A stretch of DNA of 64,000 bases, from assembly GCA_951406725.2 (NCBI GenBank), contig OX597828.1:62434001-62498000 (forward strand), written 5' to 3'. This document shows positions 39,083 to 50,778 of this stretch, piece after piece. The translations under genes and the position numbers were made by a program. The notes under the pieces are model-generated. The model was not told where the DNA came from. It saw nothing but the letters and a program-made list of their open reading frames with translations, and made no database searches. Positions within the stretch are counted from its first letter, which is position 1. Each line of letters opens with the position of its first letter. The stretch comes from Octopus vulgaris (Eukaryota).

Positions 39083-39638
39083 TGTGTATATGGTCATATA
39101 TACATAAGTATATATGTATATATTTACACACACATGCACACATCTTTCCACTCTCTGGTGTTGTAATGGAATTTAAAACCTTCAGCTTATTTAAAAACGA
39201 AAAAAGATAACAACACTAAACTATTTACTAGAGTTTTTCTTATATGTATATAACATTATACATGCATGTATGTATGTGTGTGTGCGTGTATACACATACA
39301 CACACCTCACTGACACGTTTTTGTATCTTTTTTTTTGTTTTATTCAAATTAATTAAATTTCATGTTGTGGTAGTGGTGGTGGTGGTGGTGGAGGAGGAGG
39401 TTTCTGTTCAGTTTAGCTGTCAAGAAAGTGAAATCTTTGTGTATGGATTTATGTTTGTAAATATGATGTCTGTATGTGTCTGTACTTATGTATGTATGTG
39501 TGTGTGTGCATGTTTTAATGTGCATATGTTTGTGTAAAATAAATGGGCTACCTGTTCATAGATCATTAGTTCAAATCCACAACTGGTATTTTGTGTTTCT
39601 GGGTCAGCCTTTCCATACATACACACATGCACATATAT

Positions 39639-39678
<40 letters not shown>

Positions 39679-39967
39679 TACCAGGTTAGTTTAAATACCC
39701 TGCATTTTATATACATTCATCATCACTATCCTCATCCTAGCTACTTTTATAAGTTCACATGTGTTGGACCAAATTTGTTGATTTAGGTTTTCTACAGCCT
39801 GATGCCCTCCTTTTCACCAACCCTCACTTGTTTCCAAGTAAGGAAATATTTCGCCTTGACCAGACCTGACTCAGAAGACTGGAAATCAAGGACACTGCTT
39901 GTATGACAGTGACACTCGCTTACAGCTATCATGTAATGTCAAAGCAAAGAGATAGTAACACACAAAC

Positions 39968-40330
39968 TTACCATTAACAAAAGTCGGGATGCGTGATGTT
40001 CCATAAATGAAAAATGCTTTAAATACTACAAAACGTACAAAAAGAAGGACAGACACAGAAGGACCGTAATTCTTCATCGTTTATCGACCGGAAAATACTA
40101 ATACCCAGTTTCGTGCCTTTAACGACAAGACTAGGAACTTCGTATATCGGCGGCACCCGCAAGATTTGCAGAGTATTAGGGCTCAAGCAAACAAAATAAT
40201 ACAGGCAGGACGTATGAAAGTAAACAACAGTAATTTGAAACGATAGATGAAGATAATAAATAAATAAATATAGCCTTGGGGCCAAACACGAAAACGAAGG
40301 ATTAATGCCTGGGAGAAATCCTCAAATGGA
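39968..40330 (-). mobile_element. Unclassified CpG-rich repeat remnant, possibly Penelope-like terminal region
   Basis: Composition and layout resemble 3470-3860 and 35740-35950; only a weak GAAAC...CGATGAAG echo. Confidence 0.3.
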
Positions 40331-40454
40331 TATAAAGAGCAGAATTGAGAAGAAAAAAAAAGGTAGACCCACACATACACAAAACAGGTTTCTTTCAGTT
40401 TCCATCTACCAAATGAAATTGCAAGGCTTTGAACAGCCCAGGGCTGTAGCAAAA

Positions 40455-40497
<43 letters not shown>

Positions 40498-42769
40498 TCA
40501 CTCTTCCATGCTCATACATACTCTTTCTTTATACACACATGCCCACATGCATACACATGTGGAAATAATTGTTAGGATTTAGGATACAAACACAAGTGCA
40601 TAATGTGAGTCCATTAATAGTTTTTATATTCTGCTTCATTTCGAGCCAATGGTCGTTAAGCCCGTTATAACGAGCAACCAATTCTCAAGAACTATAATCT
40701 CCGAGAGAGACAGTCATTCTATAATGATGCCATTTTTGGTAATTTATTATGGAACTGCTTGATCAGGGTTGCATTGTAGGGCCTCCATTGAACAATGTTC
40801 ACCTTGTGTGTGTGTGTGCGCACACGCATGTATACATGTGTGTTTGTGTGTGTGTATACATGTATGTTTGTGTTTGTCCTCCACCACTGCTTGACAACCA
40901 GTGTTGGTGAGTTTATGTCCCTGTAACTTAGCGATTTGGCAAAAGAGACTGATAGAATAAGTACCAAGCTTAAAAAATAAATCCTGGGGTCAATTTGTTT
41001 GACTAAAGTTCTTTGAGTTGGTGCCCCAGCATGGCCACGATCTAATGACTGAAACAAAGCATAAAAGAACCAGAATAGATGTCTCTTAGCATCTTGTTTG
41101 GTCTTTCCAGAACTGCAAATCTTTGGAAATCTTTATCTGTAGCCCTCTGTGTTCCTTCCATGGATGGACATGGTTTCATTTTGATTTACACTTTGCAGCT
41201 GCTTTCTTGGGTCCTGTCAAGTCCCATATCCTGTAAGGTAATCAATTCTGAGAGTGAGGGAACCTTCTCTCTACTTTTAAGAGCCAACAGAGACCATGGG
41301 TCAATAGAGAGAGCAGAAAACTCAAAAGAAATAACTTGCATTTTATTACACAAACATAAGAGAAGAAACATACAAAAGCTGTGAGACCCTTTTAAGGATT
41401 TATAGGTAATGTATATTTCTGGGTTTGTTGGAAAACAAAAATTAGCTTCAGTGGTACATTGATACTGTGGTGAATGGCTATTACACTGGTTCAGTGGTGA
41501 ATAAATGAATATTGTCACCCTCATAGCCAAGGGTTGGGGTCCTCACCCATCCATTGCACCAATAGGTTCTTTACAAGATAAATAGGCTCAGATGAGGGCC
41601 CTTAATTCTCTTCCAATCCTCTTTGACATCATGGTTATCTACCTTCTCTTCACTCCTTCAGTTACTCATAATCAATGAATGTTTATTCTTGAAGTTGTCC
41701 TTCCCTTAATCCAGCTGCCTCCCCAGGCTGCCATACCCAGACCACTCGTGCAGTTACACCATCAATATACTGGTCAGTGCAACATTGCTTTCTCCTGCAG
41801 TCATGTCCGAATAAAAGTTCAGGAGTGCCTCATTGCCAGTGACCTGACAGTATTCCAGATACTAACCCAAAATAGTCCCCAGCTCTATTGTTACGTAGTT
41901 ACTGGTCCTATATTGGGTTCATCCATCCTCCTCTTGGCACGTGTTGTTTTCGTGTTGCTGTGGATCTAGAGCCCATACCACCCCCACCATACAAGCCTGG
42001 TTGTGTTGTTGGTTTTATCACCAACCATCCAACAGGTTGCATCAGACTACAACTGCTTCTAGTCGCACTAAGTGCTTGCAAGCAACCTGACACTTCATTC
42101 ATTCTTCACGGCTGCTGAACATGCTAGACTAGCAACCAAATCTCCCTCAAATGACAACCTCCTAGGGGCATATATCCACGGAGTGCTAGGTGAGCATTCC
42201 ACAAACACCAGTGATGTCAAATATTCTTTATAATAATTTCTGTTGTTGATGGAATCTGGTTCCAGTTTTCAAATCCAGTAAAATTCTTTGAGAAAGACTA
42301 AGTCAGGTTGAAGTTGTATTCTTTACAGAAATAACCTAGCATTTATTTGTATGTTTATAGTTTATTCAAGGGTGGTAGGGTTACCATGGCAACACACCCT
42401 CTGACAACAACCACCATATTTCACTGCTTCCTACCATCTTTAAAGAAGGGAGACATTGTATAATACAGTCCTAAATACATCATTTATCAAAAGATGGGAT
42501 GGTCATGGTGGGAAACCTTTCTGAAATTAAACAGAAATATTTAGGCCCAGCAGTAAATTTTTTATTAGTTTATATTGTCCACTCCTTCTCATCTGCCTAT
42601 GAGTTCAGTAGATATGACCATCCCTAAAGATTTAATATCCCCTTGTGGAGGTTTCTGCTGTTTTAGCCATTTTGCCTGTACTTACAGGTATCTCTGACAC
42701 ATGTTTTGGTCTTCTATGGAAGGATGTTAGTCACAGACACCCACAGTAAAGGGGCTGAGGATGGGGGTA

Positions 42770-43430
42770 TGCATATACACATGGGAATGCTGCTCTCTGT
42801 GTAAGATCTATATAGGGTGGTGGGCAGGACATGGAAGTAGAACGTCCAGGTACAACAGGGACACATGATAATGATGATGATGATAATGCTGTTGTCTTGC
42901 TGAAAGATCTAAGAAGACTAGGGGACAGAACATGGATAGATTATAATGCTGCTATGTATCAAAGGCTGCAGAGTGGATGGGGTGCATGACATGGATTCAT
43001 GATGGTGATGTTGTCTCTTTGAAAGGTTTTTGGGTAGCAAATGATAATGCTGGGAAGGGTTTTTTTTTTTTTTTTTTTTTTTTTTGTAAAAGTCATATTT
43101 TGGTTAGTGTGGTGGGACATGGAGACATAATGCTGCTGCTGTTTGCCAGAGACCTATATAGGTTCAGCAGGGCAGGGACACAGGAAGATTTGATAATGTT
43201 GTTTTGTCTCTGTAAAAGACCTCTATAGGGTTGGTGGTGTTGGTGGTGGTGGTAGACACTTGATAATGCTCTGGTTCACTGTAAAAGACCTATATAGGGT
43301 AGGAGGACACCTGATAATGTTGCTGTCTCTGTGTCACAGAGTTATATAGGCTCAAGGGATGGGGTGGGAGAAAGAGAGGAACATATGATAATACTGCTGT
43401 TGTTGTTGTTGTTCTCCAGTGAGAGACAGG
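42770..43430. repeat. Degenerate minisatellite, unit about 50-65 bp
   Basis: Recurrent GATAATGCTGYTG...GTAAAAGACCTATATAGGGT...GACA units. Confidence 0.65.
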
Positions 43431-43791
43431 CTCCGGTCTCAACAGCTGAAAACTGCTACCTCCATGGGGACCCACTTTCAAAACACCTCTTCTGCCTTAC
43501 TTTGCCACTTTCAGACAACAACACAACCCCTTCTTTTGTCTCCTCTCCCCCCACCTCCCACCCCTCATAACCTTATTACCATCATGCAGTGATGCTATTT
43601 AATACTTTTAGAGCAACACATAATTAAAACCATTTGTTCTCTTCCACTGCACTTGTTTTGTTTTTTCTTTTGTTTTTCTTCTCTTTCTCTCTCATTTCTT
43701 TCTATATTTTTTGTTATTTATTAGCTTTTGTTTTCTGTTTTGTTGGTGTTTTCTAACATAACAATAACACTATTATTATTATTATTATTAT

Positions 43792-43826
<35 letters not shown>

Positions 43827-44234
43827 CCACCACTTATAATTGTCTTTGTTGTGTGTCTGATGGGTTTTTAAAAATTTTTATATACATTTATAAATATATG
43901 TATGTCAGTTTGTGCATGCGTGCCTGCATGTGTGTGTGTGTGTGTGTGTGTGTATACATATATATATCCTCATTGACTTCTGTTTCAACATACTTATGTT
44001 TCAGTGGTTGTGGAGGTGGGGAGTAGACAGGGTGGGGAGGGCAGAAGGGGCAAAGGGGGGGGGAGTTAATGCAAAATAGTTTTTTTCACTTGCTTCCATA
44101 AAACACACTAGCAAATACACACACACACATTAACAGGACCAAATAAATAAATAAATAGAAAATAAAATTATCAAATATTTTCTTTCTTTCAGTATCTTCA
44201 TCATCATTATTATTATTATTATTATTATTATTAA

Positions 44235-45160
44235 AGGCAGTGAGCTGTCAGAATCGTTAGCACACCGGACAAAATGCTTTGTGGCATTTTGGCCGACTTT
44301 GCATTCTGAGTTTAAATTCTGCCGAGGTCGACTTTCCCGTTCCATCCTTTCAGAGTCTATAAAATAAATACCAGTAATGCACTAGGGATGGCATAATCAA
44401 CTTTACCCTTGCCCCGAAATTGCTGACCTTGTGCCAAAATTTGAAATCATTATTGTTGTTGTTGCTGGCGAGCTGGCAGAATTGTTAGCATGCCGGACGA
44501 AATGCTTAGCGGCATTTCGCCAGTTGCTACATTTTGAGTTCAAATTCTGCTGAGGTCAACTCTACCTTTCATCTTTTCTGGATCAATAAATCAAGTACCA
44601 GTGAAATACTGGGGTCAATATAATCGACTAGTCCCCTCCTCCCAAATTTCAGGCCTTGTGCCCTTAGTAGAGAGGATTAATATTATTATTATTATTATTA
44701 TCATTATTATTATTATTATTATTATTATGGTGGCAAGATGGCAAAATTATTAGGATGTTGAACAACATGCTTTGCAGCATTTCGTCCATCTTTATGTTCT
44801 GAGTTCAAATGCTGCCAAAGTCAACTTTGCCTTTCATCCTTTCAGGGTTGATTAGTACCAACTGAGCGCTGGGGTTGATATATACGACTGTCCATCCCCA
44901 CCTTAACATTGCTGGCCTTGTGCCAAATTTTGAACCCATTATTATTATTATGAAGGGTGAGCTGGTACAGTTATTAGGATGCCAGACAAAATGCCTAGCA
45001 GCATTTTTTTTGTGTTTTATGTTCTGAGTTCAAATTCTGCCAAGGTCATGTGCTGGGGTCAATGTAATCCCTTTGAAAACTGCTGAAATTATCATTAATA
45101 TTAAGGTGGAGATACCAAGGTTTGACTTTACTTTTCATCCTTTTGGGGTTGGTAAACTGG
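44235..45160 (+). mobile_element. Head-to-tail array of four or more SINE family 2 copies separated by (ATT)n/(GTT)n
   Basis: Heads at about 44236, 44467, 44729 and 44956, each followed by the same body. Confidence 0.85.
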
Positions 45161-45168
45161 GGACCGGT

Positions 45169-45455
45169 GAAGGCTTGTAGTTTAGTGGTTAGGGTTTACA
45201 GCTCACGATCATAAGGTCATGAGTTCAATTCCTGGCAGAGCATTCTGTCTTTGACATTTTATTTCACGTTGCTCCAGTTCACTCAACTGGCAAAAATAAG
45301 TTGTTCCTTATATTTCAAAGGGGTCAGTCTTGTCACATTCTGTGTCATGTTGAATCTCCCTAAGAATTACATGTCTGAGGTGTGCTCAGCCACTTGCATG
45401 TTAATTTCATGAGAGCAGGCTGTTCCATTGATTGGATCAACTGGAACCCACGTCG
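45169..45455 (+). mobile_element. tRNA-derived SINE family 3
   Basis: GAAGGCTTGTAGTTTAGTGGTTAGGG...GAGTTCAATTCC...ATTTCACGTTGCTCCAG. Confidence 0.8.
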
Positions 45456-47651
45456 ATGCACTCAACTACCCCTTGCCTACCCCCAAATTACAGGCCTTGT
45501 GCCTAAAACAGAAAGGCTTATTATTATTATTATTATTATTATATCATATGTTATAAATTATTGTTTCGTTGTTGTTTTTTTATGAGTTAGTATTAATATT
45601 ATGATGAATGTTTGATAGTTCCCTGAGGAAGAAATATTTCCATACCAACAATATTCCGCCGCCATCGCCATCATTCCGCCAATAATGGCAACATTATCTG
45701 CCCTCAACAAAGTTTCTAACCTAATTGTCTCTATGACATGGTGGGGAGGGGTTGGGAGGTGAGGTGCAGGGAGGGGAGAGGGAACTGATTTAACAACAAC
45801 AATACACTGTTTCTTTAATTTAATGTGGCTCTCCTTATGGTTGTTGTTGTTAATGGTGGTGGTGGTTGCATTGATAGCGTTGATGTTGGTGATGGTGAGG
45901 ATGATGATGATTGTGATGGTGGTGTTGGAGAGGGGGGTGTTAATAAAAACGGCAGCTTATTGCAAATTGTAATGATGACGATGGTGGAGATGCTGATGAT
46001 AACGACGGTGCTAATAATAATGATGATGATGACAAATGTTACCTGTTTTTGTTGTTATTGTCATTGTTTGGGGTGTTTGGTGTATTCAGGATGGCTGTGC
46101 TGATGGTAGTGGTGCAGACTGAGAGATTCGACAATCTAGTTTATCATAAAAAATATTCTACAATTTTTTTTTTTTTTTTTTTTACTATTTTTATAGTGTT
46201 TTGTTAATTTTATTTCTTTTATTTCAAGATACGTATATAATTCCCTTTTTTTTTTTGTCTGTTTTTGGTGGAAATTTCATTCTGTTTTTGTTTCAGTCTT
46301 CATTTTAATAATAATTCTTTCTCGAAATTGAATTTTTTTTTCTTTTTGTATTTGTATTTTTCAAATTGAATTTTTTTATTTTCTTTTGTTTTTATTACAA
46401 AGTTTATGGATTGAGAGAAAAAAAAGAGGGGAAGAGAGAAAAGAGTCCAGCTATTACTTTAACTCTCTCCCCATTCCCTCTCCCCTAGTTCCTCCACCCC
46501 CAACCTACCATCTTCGTCTTCAGGTTTTGTCTTACATCTGTTGCTTAGTCATGTCTTATCCGCTGTGCCATCTACATTGCTCACCCTCTTGTTTTAAAAA
46601 GACAATCCTCCATATTAACCCACGACCACCACCACATCGCTCCACCCTGCTGTTCGCTACCCCTTGTATTAAATTTCTTTAAAATTGCACCCCACCCTGA
46701 CTGCTCTCATCTCTCCTTCCTTCTTCCACATCATTCTGTTGCCATAGATACTTTGTACTTTCTATCTACTCTTTACATTGATGCTTATGATGAATGTGGT
46801 GATGATGTTGTATAAACAACCATTGTTTTTTTGCTGCTCAGGTGACCACCACCTGCTAAAGGATTGCGGTTTGCTTCGTTTCCTTTATAACTTACAGCTG
46901 TTAATGTATGACAGGCTTGCAGTTGTTAAGGGTGGAGAGATGTGAAATTGAAACCTGTACCTCTCACATCTACACCTGGTTGTTGTATGACAGTCCTGTG
47001 ATTGTTGCTGATTGAATTGACCTTCCATTAGACACATCCCTGCCATAACCATCCTGCCTTTTTAAAGGGTTATTATGTTAGACTGCATTATCTCACTTGT
47101 CAGTTCTGTATCTGAGGTGTTGGGAGGAGAGAGAGGTGGGCTCACCACATCTGTTGGTGTATAACAGTCAGCCTGTGGGTTAAGAGTGGGGGATGTAGAA
47201 ATGACCCCTGTTGCACTACTGAAACACATGCAGTCTTTTGATGCATGAGATCCTGTTGTTAAAGAGTGGGAAGATGTACAGATAACCTCTGGGCCCACCA
47301 CAATCCAAACAGACCCTCATTAACCACCCTGTCCTTACCTTTTCAAGAAGACCCTCATCCTTAGTCTCCACTTAGCAGGTTTTTTATATTAGCTTTGACT
47401 TGTAGGACTTATTAAGTGACTTTCTCTCTCTCCCTCTTACTTTCTCCTAGCCTCCTCTTCAATTAGGGTCCATGATATGACATGTCAATCAATGATAGGT
47501 TTACTTCATAGATCTGATCAGGGACCTTTTTTTTTGCTTCTCCCTTTATTGAAATTTATCAGGAGAGTAATATGCCCAACCTCCCCTCAAAAAATGAAAC
47601 ACATCATCATCATCATCACTACTACAACTCCTTATCAAATTATATTTCTGC

Positions 47652-48000
47652 ATCTTTTAATTGTGTCAGTCATTGGACAGTGGTCATGCTGGGGCACCAC
47701 CGCAAAGGGTTCAGTCAAACAGGGAGAGGTGGGGGTATAATCTCTGGTACTTATTTGCTGAACTGCTAAGTCATGGAGACATAAACAAACCAACACCAAT
47801 TATCAGGTAGTATGTATGGGGTAAGAAGCAAATACAAAGACACACGCATGACAGGCTTCTGCACAGTTTCCATCTACTGAAATCACTCACAAGCCATTGG
47901 TCAGCAATAGTAGAGGACACTAGCCCAAGGTACTATGCAGTAGGATGGAACCTGAGACCACGTGTTTAGAAAGCAAGCTTCTTAACCTCACAGCCATCTG
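47652..48000 (-). mobile_element. tRNA-derived SINE family 1, diverged
   Basis: Colinear with other family 1 copies. Confidence 0.7.
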
Positions 48001-48515
48001 TGCTCCTATAAACAGCCGAGTTTATTTTTGAAGTTGTTGTCCCCTTTTATTAAGGTAAGGAGCACCAACTCCCTCTATCCAACAGTTGGGTAAATATTTA
48101 TCGGAGACAACGAGGAAAAGATGTTTTAATTTAGGAAAAAAAGGGGGAGGGGATAATTATAGTTGTGGAGGTGGGGAGACAGGTCAGATGGAGGGGGAAG
48201 GGTAGATTAGCTCCTTTTTTTTTAAATTCTGGATTCAACTCTCCCTTCCCACCCTGATTTTCCCAGAATATTATTAGATAAGTTTTATTGTTAGAGAGGT
48301 GGATGGGGTAACATGTTTAAGGAGAGGGGGATGGGTGGTTGGCATTACGCCAGTTGGGTGTTCCCATATATTCTGGCAAACCAAAATAGCCCTTTTCTGT
48401 CCAACAGTTGGATAAATAAGGGAATAGAGGGGGTGTGGAGGAGGTAGGAGGGGTTTTATGAGGAGGTATGTGGAGCTTGAAGGGAGTAGTCTTCTTTAAT
48501 CCTTTTTTTCTAAAT

Positions 48516-48558
<43 letters not shown>

Positions 48559-48875
48559 TGATTTTTTATTTGATTCAGGAGAGGGAGTTTAATAAATGAG
48601 AGAGAGGATCTAATAAATGTGTGTGTGTGTGACAGAGAGAGTCTAATAACTAAAGAGAGAGGAGGAAAATTTAATAAACAAGAGAAACAGCAGAGAGAGA
48701 GAGAGAGAGAGATAGACACAGACAGAGTCTAACTAAATGTGAGAGAGGGGGAAGTCTAATAAAGATAAGAGAAAGAGAAAGAACTTGAATGATAAAAAGA
48801 GAGAGATAAAGTCCAACTAAACGAGCAAGAGGAAGGAAGGAGTCAGAGAAAGAAAAGAGTGAAGAAATCTGATTA

Positions 48876-48937
<62 letters not shown>

Positions 48938-49439
48938 TGTGTGTGTGTGTGTGTGTGTTTAACTGAACAAGTGGTTCTTAATCTACCATTTTCTATTTTG
49001 GGTTTTCGTCCTCCTGTTTCCACTTAAAACTTGTGAAGATGATGAAAAAGACATGTGTGACTCCCTCTGTTCCTTACAACCTTTTCCATTGCACTGAAAT
49101 ATAAGAAATATATCTAGAACAGATGAAAGGGGCAGATAACTGTAGTTGTCACCTAGATCACTTAATGCTTTCTATTTATATCTAGGGGTATTGTTTGCTG
49201 TTCATGGATTGTAGTTACAATTTAATGAACTGTATTGCCCTCGTGGCTCTCTATTACATTTTAGTGAGCCAAGATCTCAACAGGTTCGCTTTCCAACTAT
49301 GTGCATGGCACCTTGGGCAAGTGTCTTCTACTAGAGTCCTTGGTCAACAGAAGCCTTGTAATTGGATTCAATTGACTGAAATTGAATGAAACCCATCGTA
49401 TATAGAGTTGTAATAATGAAGTCAAGCCAAATAGTGATA

Positions 49440-49712
49440 TTTTGAAAGCCACCTGACTGGCCCCCATGTAAAAAGCACTATTCAAGTGTGGTCAATGCCA
49501 GTGCCACCTGACTGGCCCCCGTGCCAGTAGCACGTAAGAAGCACCCACTACACTCTTGGAGTGATTGGCGTTAGAAAGAGCATCCAGCTGTAGAAACCTT
49601 GCCAGATCAGACTGGAGCCTGGTGCAGCCCCCTGGCTTGCCAGTCCTCAGCCAAACTGTCCCACCCATGCCAGCATGGGAAGCAGACGTTAAATGATGAT
49701 GATGATGATGAT
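49440..49712 (+). mobile_element. RTE-type 3' end with (GAT)n tail
   Basis: Family 3' motif; further copies near 11600, 17440, 18830, 22000, 24710, 27340, 27940, 28390 and 61440. Confidence 0.8.
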
Positions 49713-50268
49713 TTAATACTTTTCAGCTTTGTGTAATATATAACAGGAAGGGCATCCATTTCATAGACGTTCTATAACTAAGGCATTTCAAGTATTCTGA
49801 TACCATTGCACTGCTTCTGACACGAAATGTGTGTGTGTGTGTTTCCCTCATGTTCACTAATTTGTTAACCATGGCTCCCTGCCATTGTCATTGCTTTGCA
49901 GTACACCATGAAAGCACATCCTGGCTTTCTGACATATCTTCATATCTTATGCAATCTTTGCAAACAAACACCTTGTTGTTTTGTCTCCACTTTCTATGTC
50001 TAAAGTCATGTCTGGGTTATTTGTTGTTCAATAGATTGGCAAAATTATTAGTTCACTTGGAAAGAAGTAAGGGTTGATGACAGGAAAGGCATCCACCTGT
50101 TGCAAACTCTGCCCCTAACATACTATAAAATAAAGACCCAGTCAAGTACTGGAGTTGATGGTATTGCCTAGCACCATCCTCCTCGTGTATCTAATTTCAC
50201 CTGGCAGAATTGTTAGTGTTGGTGAAACAAGTTTTGCTGTAGTTTTTCTGACCCTTTGTGTTCTGAGT

Positions 50269-50778
50269 GAAGGCACATGGCTTAACCCTTTCATTACTGT
50301 ATTTACTTTGAGATGCTTAATTTTAAATACAACAAAGAATTTAGTAAAATAACTTAATTATCATTCAACTAGTGTTAGGAACATAAATTGTGACTAAGGT
50401 TTGGTGGAAGATTTTAATTCAAAACTTATGAAAACAAGACATTTGTCCTAGAGAGTCAGAACCGGTTTCAACCAGGTTGGTAATGTAAAGGTTAATGGTT
50501 AGGATGTTTCGCCTGTGTTCATAAGATCATGAATTTTGATTCCTGGCAGTGCACTGTGTCCAAGACACTTAATTTCAAGTTATTCCAGTCCAATCAGCTG
50601 GCAAAAATGAGTTGTGCCTGTAATTCCAAAGGGGCCAACCTTGTCACACTCTGAGAATTACGTTAAGGGTACATATGTCTGTGGAGTACTCAGCCACTTG
50701 CATATTAATGTCACAAGCAGGCTCTTCTGTTGATCGGATCAACTGCAACACTCATTGATGTATCTGACATGGTGCCAG
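50269..50778 (+). mobile_element. SINE family 3 inserted into a SINE family 2 copy with a 13-bp TSD
   Basis: TTGTGTTCTGAGT (50256-50268) and TTGTGTTCTCAGT (50779-50791) flank it. Confidence 0.75.
50286..50491. mobile_element. piggyBac-like MITE with TTAA target duplication
   Basis: TTAA|CCCTTTCATTAC ... GTAATGTAAAGG|TTAA, splitting the SINE head GGCTTAATGGTTAGG. Confidence 0.75.

Noticed and set aside
40065-40125. Another permuted hammerhead (GAAAC...CGATGAAG)
   Set aside because: The core box is incomplete and no convincing helices form.
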